DNA of 64,000 nucleotides, from NCBI GenBank assembly GCA_051294375.1, contig CM119263.1, forward strand, positions 9,036,278-9,100,277, read 5' to 3'. Of the stretch, positions 58,801 through 64,000 are shown piece by piece; position 1 is the first letter of the stretch; each line of letters opens with the position of its first letter. The notes under the pieces were generated by a model that was not told the origin of the DNA, ran no database searches, and worked only from the letters and a program-made list of their open reading frames with translations. The DNA comes from Paraspadella gotoi. Taxonomy: Eukaryota; Animalia; Chaetognatha. The position numbers were made by a program, and so were the translations under genes.

Positions 58801-58963
58801 CTTTCTTGTCTTTTGTCTTTTGTCTTTTGTCTTTCTTTCTTGCTTTCTTCTTTCTTTCTTTCTTTTTCTTCTTTCTTTCTTTCTTCTTTCNNNNNNNNNN
58901 NNNNNNNNNNNNNNNNNNNNNNNNNNNNNNNNNNNNNNNNNNNNNNNNNNNNNNNNNNNNNTT

Positions 58964-58994
<31 letters not shown>

Positions 58995-60162
58995 ATCTAT
59001 TAATTCTTTCTTGATCTTACTTATTTCTTTTTATCTTTCCTTTCTTTCTCTCTTTCATTCATTTAAATTCTTTGTCGCACCTGACTCTCTTATTTTTTCT
59101 CCCCCCCCCGAAGTAGGTCACCGTTTCGCTCTTATGGACTTACCTCCTAACGAATCCCCAAATGAGAAACCTTCCCAAACTTACTTTGCGGTGTTTATGG
59201 AGTTCGTTCGTTTCCTAGATGGATGAGGTAAGGAAGCAGGCATGACAACACCCGGTTCACTAATGGACGCCGAAAAGGTAGACGTACTAATTTGAAAAAG
59301 ACGTTTTTCTGAACTTATCCAAGTAATTAAAAAAATATAATTAAGAATAATATATAATTACATATACGACGTTAGAAAATGGTACCTCTTTAAAAATTGA
59401 AATGTTTTGAAAACCTTAAAGGTGGGAGGATTAGACGTGAATGACGGCAACCTGTTAAGGGGAGGGTGGACGACTCGGTTTTGACAGCGCGAGAAAAAGT
59501 GGGAAGAAGAATTCAAAATCAATTTGGGAACATTTGTTTGACCTACTTGATTGAAATGGCGCAGAGAAAAGGGGAAGAAAAGTTCCTTTTTATTGTTTGT
59601 TCCGCAGTTTTTACCGTTTCTTTTTTTCTTTCTTTCTTTTTTTTTCTTTTGAAAAACGGATTTAATTTCCTTTTGGCGAAGTTATAAAGTTTGTTAACTC
59701 AAGTTTGTTAACTCATATTGAATTTAATAAACTTTACTTTAAAAAAGCTTTCACAACGTTCATGAACGCAATAATAAATGTGAAAAAAGAATAAAGTTTA
59801 AATTCTTGATTTATAAAATTAATATTGAATAAAAAAAATTGCTCAATATTTATAAAGGAAATGGTTAATGTGCATAAAGTTTAAATTTTTGATTTATAAA
59901 TTTAAAAATAGATAATAAAATCTAATGATATTTGGAGATATTTTTATTTCATTTTAAAGTTTGAAAAACGAGACTTGCCCGAACTCGCCTGTTTTCATTT
60001 CATATCTCATCAACAAAGACCAGGGAGCTTAACGATGTAGCGAGGATAACCAAGTACAAGATAACAAAGAACAACCAACAAAAAAATTTACATTTTAGTT
60101 CATGTAGTTTGATTTAGAAACGAACATAAATATAGTTTCATAGTAGACGAATGAATAACTCA

Positions 60163-60797
60163 CCAACGGACGGATGGAAGAAGAACAAATCAGATGCGCC
60201 AATTTGAGGATTGAGCCTCTCAAAAAAATACGCCACCGATTCTGGTACCAAAGTTTATCAAAACAAAAAAACCAGAAACTGAAACCAAACAAGAAAAAAG
60301 GGATATAGGAAATATTTTGAAAGTAATGTAATCTGATTTTCTGAACTAACAACGCGAAACTATAGAGGACAGAGAGAAGTTGAGTAACATTCTGACCATC
60401 AGATCTTTGTCTAATCCTCCGAAGATGTTGCCAAGTTGGTGTATGACAAGTTGTTTCTCGCTGAAACCTTCTTGGGATATATCAGATCACATGTCTGCCA
60501 ATGCAGTCGTCCCAGTTGTAAAGCCCTAGGAAATTTATTTAGTACTTAGATTGACTTTGGCATGGAAAGAACGATCATCGTTCATTGGCAATTTTCCTTC
60601 TTTAGTCTAAGAGAAAATTCAACACTCAACAACTCAGCAACATCCTGTTCGCCCTATAATGCAGTCCGCCTCGGCATGAGGCCAACGATGACCAGCGGGC
60701 AAATCATTACAATCTCCCGAAGACAATCAGTCAGCTGAACTAACCCGTTTTCTTCGCACTCCTGTCTGAAAGAAGAGAGAGAGAGAGAAGAGAGAAA

Positions 60798-60876
<79 letters not shown>

Positions 60877-61255
60877 TTACTTAAATTTCATTGCGTTTTT
60901 GGAGAATGCGAGTCTTGTTTATAAACAAACACGTTTTTCATTCAATTCCTTTATGTTTGTGGTTGTAAACTGGAGTACGTCCCAATTCTGGGTGCGGGTA
61001 AGTTCTGTTTTCCCACGCAACCTTACAACACGTTTATGTAGCAATAGGACCGAACATCCTTCCTGAGCGTTTCGAGGAAGAGTTTCGCATTCATCTCGGC
61101 AAACGCTCAGTTCGTCCGCAAGCTGAGGATCAAAATTGTCAAAGCGTTAAAATCGTTTTTGTTAATAAATAAATTAAATATTGATTAATGATCAATATGT
61201 ACCGGCGCGAGAGCCGCCAAAAAGAAATCCCAAAAATAACAACAAAAGCCTTCAT
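60163..61255 (-). CDS. Candidate multi-exon gene for a small secreted Cys-rich protein (frameshifted in this assembly)
   Basis: ATG 61255 gives MKAFVVIFGISF (signal-like), with a donor at 61202. Acceptor TTTTGATCCTCAG opens exon 61122-60881 (LADELSVCRDECETLPRNAQEGCSV..). A (CT)n intron ends TTTCAG before the exon starting at 60765 (QECEENGLVQLTDC../DCNDLPAGHRWPHAEADCIIG). An upstream non-coding exon donor lies at 61320. Frames do not join cleanly. Confidence 0.35.
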
Positions 61256-62032
61256 TTTCAACGAAATCGCGTTTCTGTTTCCCAATGAAAAATCAGTGAA
61301 AAAGGAGTAAACAACTTTACCTTTTATTGGAGGATTAATCTGAAAAACACTTTGAGGCAGAATCTGAATACAATGTTTTACTTCGATTTTTGAAATAAAA
61401 GGACCATTTGTAGAAACTACATCAACAATCTATTATTTAAGAACCCGCCAAATTCGAGATACTTTTATCGAAGAGAAGATTATATTCGCAATCAAAACCA
61501 CCTTATGTTAATGAATTAATAGACCCATCAATCGGCCGTACTTGGAAAAATCGACTTACTTCCTCAGCTGAGCGTAAGAGCTTTAAACGTAATAAACATT
61601 CTAACTCAGTTTTCTTATTACATACTAAGATATTTAGCAACGAAATTCGAAAATTTTTTTTGCTACGATTTTACTGTACCTCCAAATCACGGAGATCAGT
61701 GGCAATTTCCTCACACATATGGTTTTCTATTTTCTACACAAAATTATTATTTGCTAAAATGAAAATTTTATCAGCGTCGACTTCGGTTTTTTGTCAAACG
61801 AACCTGAAAAGAAAAATAAATTTAGCTGAGATTTTAAGTTTCCAAACACCTCATTTTACCCCAGATTTAGAAATTTCCTTAACATTAACTTTTTATAAAC
61901 ATTATTAACATTTCTCTCAAACCTATATAGTATACTAAGTTTCCAAGCCTCCTGCTTCAATCGATTCTTATTTTCCCGGTTAAGCCTTTACATTTCTGTT
62001 TTTTTTTCATTTATTTTTTTTGTACCGAAAAT

Positions 62033-64000
<1,968 letters not shown>

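Overview
Eukaryotic (probably invertebrate animal) genomic DNA from a gapped draft assembly. It has spliceosomal GT-AG introns, abundant (AG/CT)n and (GAC/GTC)n microsatellites, many N gaps, and several kb-scale direct and inverted duplications in which one or both copies are indel-rich. Best-supported features: (1) a complete 8-exon + strand gene (25999-28148) encoding a 266-aa secreted Cys-containing protein that the ORF track misses almost entirely; (2) a tRNA-Pro(CGG) gene at 22135-22206 followed by a T-arm-deleted tRNA-Pro(TGG) relic; (3) the first coding exon of a - strand LRR-type extracellular protein (4812-4119); (4) a motif-dense TATA/CCAAT promoter at about 22.8-22.9 kb; (5) a multi-exon - strand gene present as two noisy copies (about 49.9-57.1 kb) with an internally repeated exon. 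Seven gaps are exactly 25 N long and several sit at duplication junctions, so most large palindromes and duplications are probably long-read gap-filling artefacts rather than biology. I found no CRISPR array, rRNA or recognisable transposase, and no demonstrably novel multi-gene system. The candidates worth following up are ranked below.
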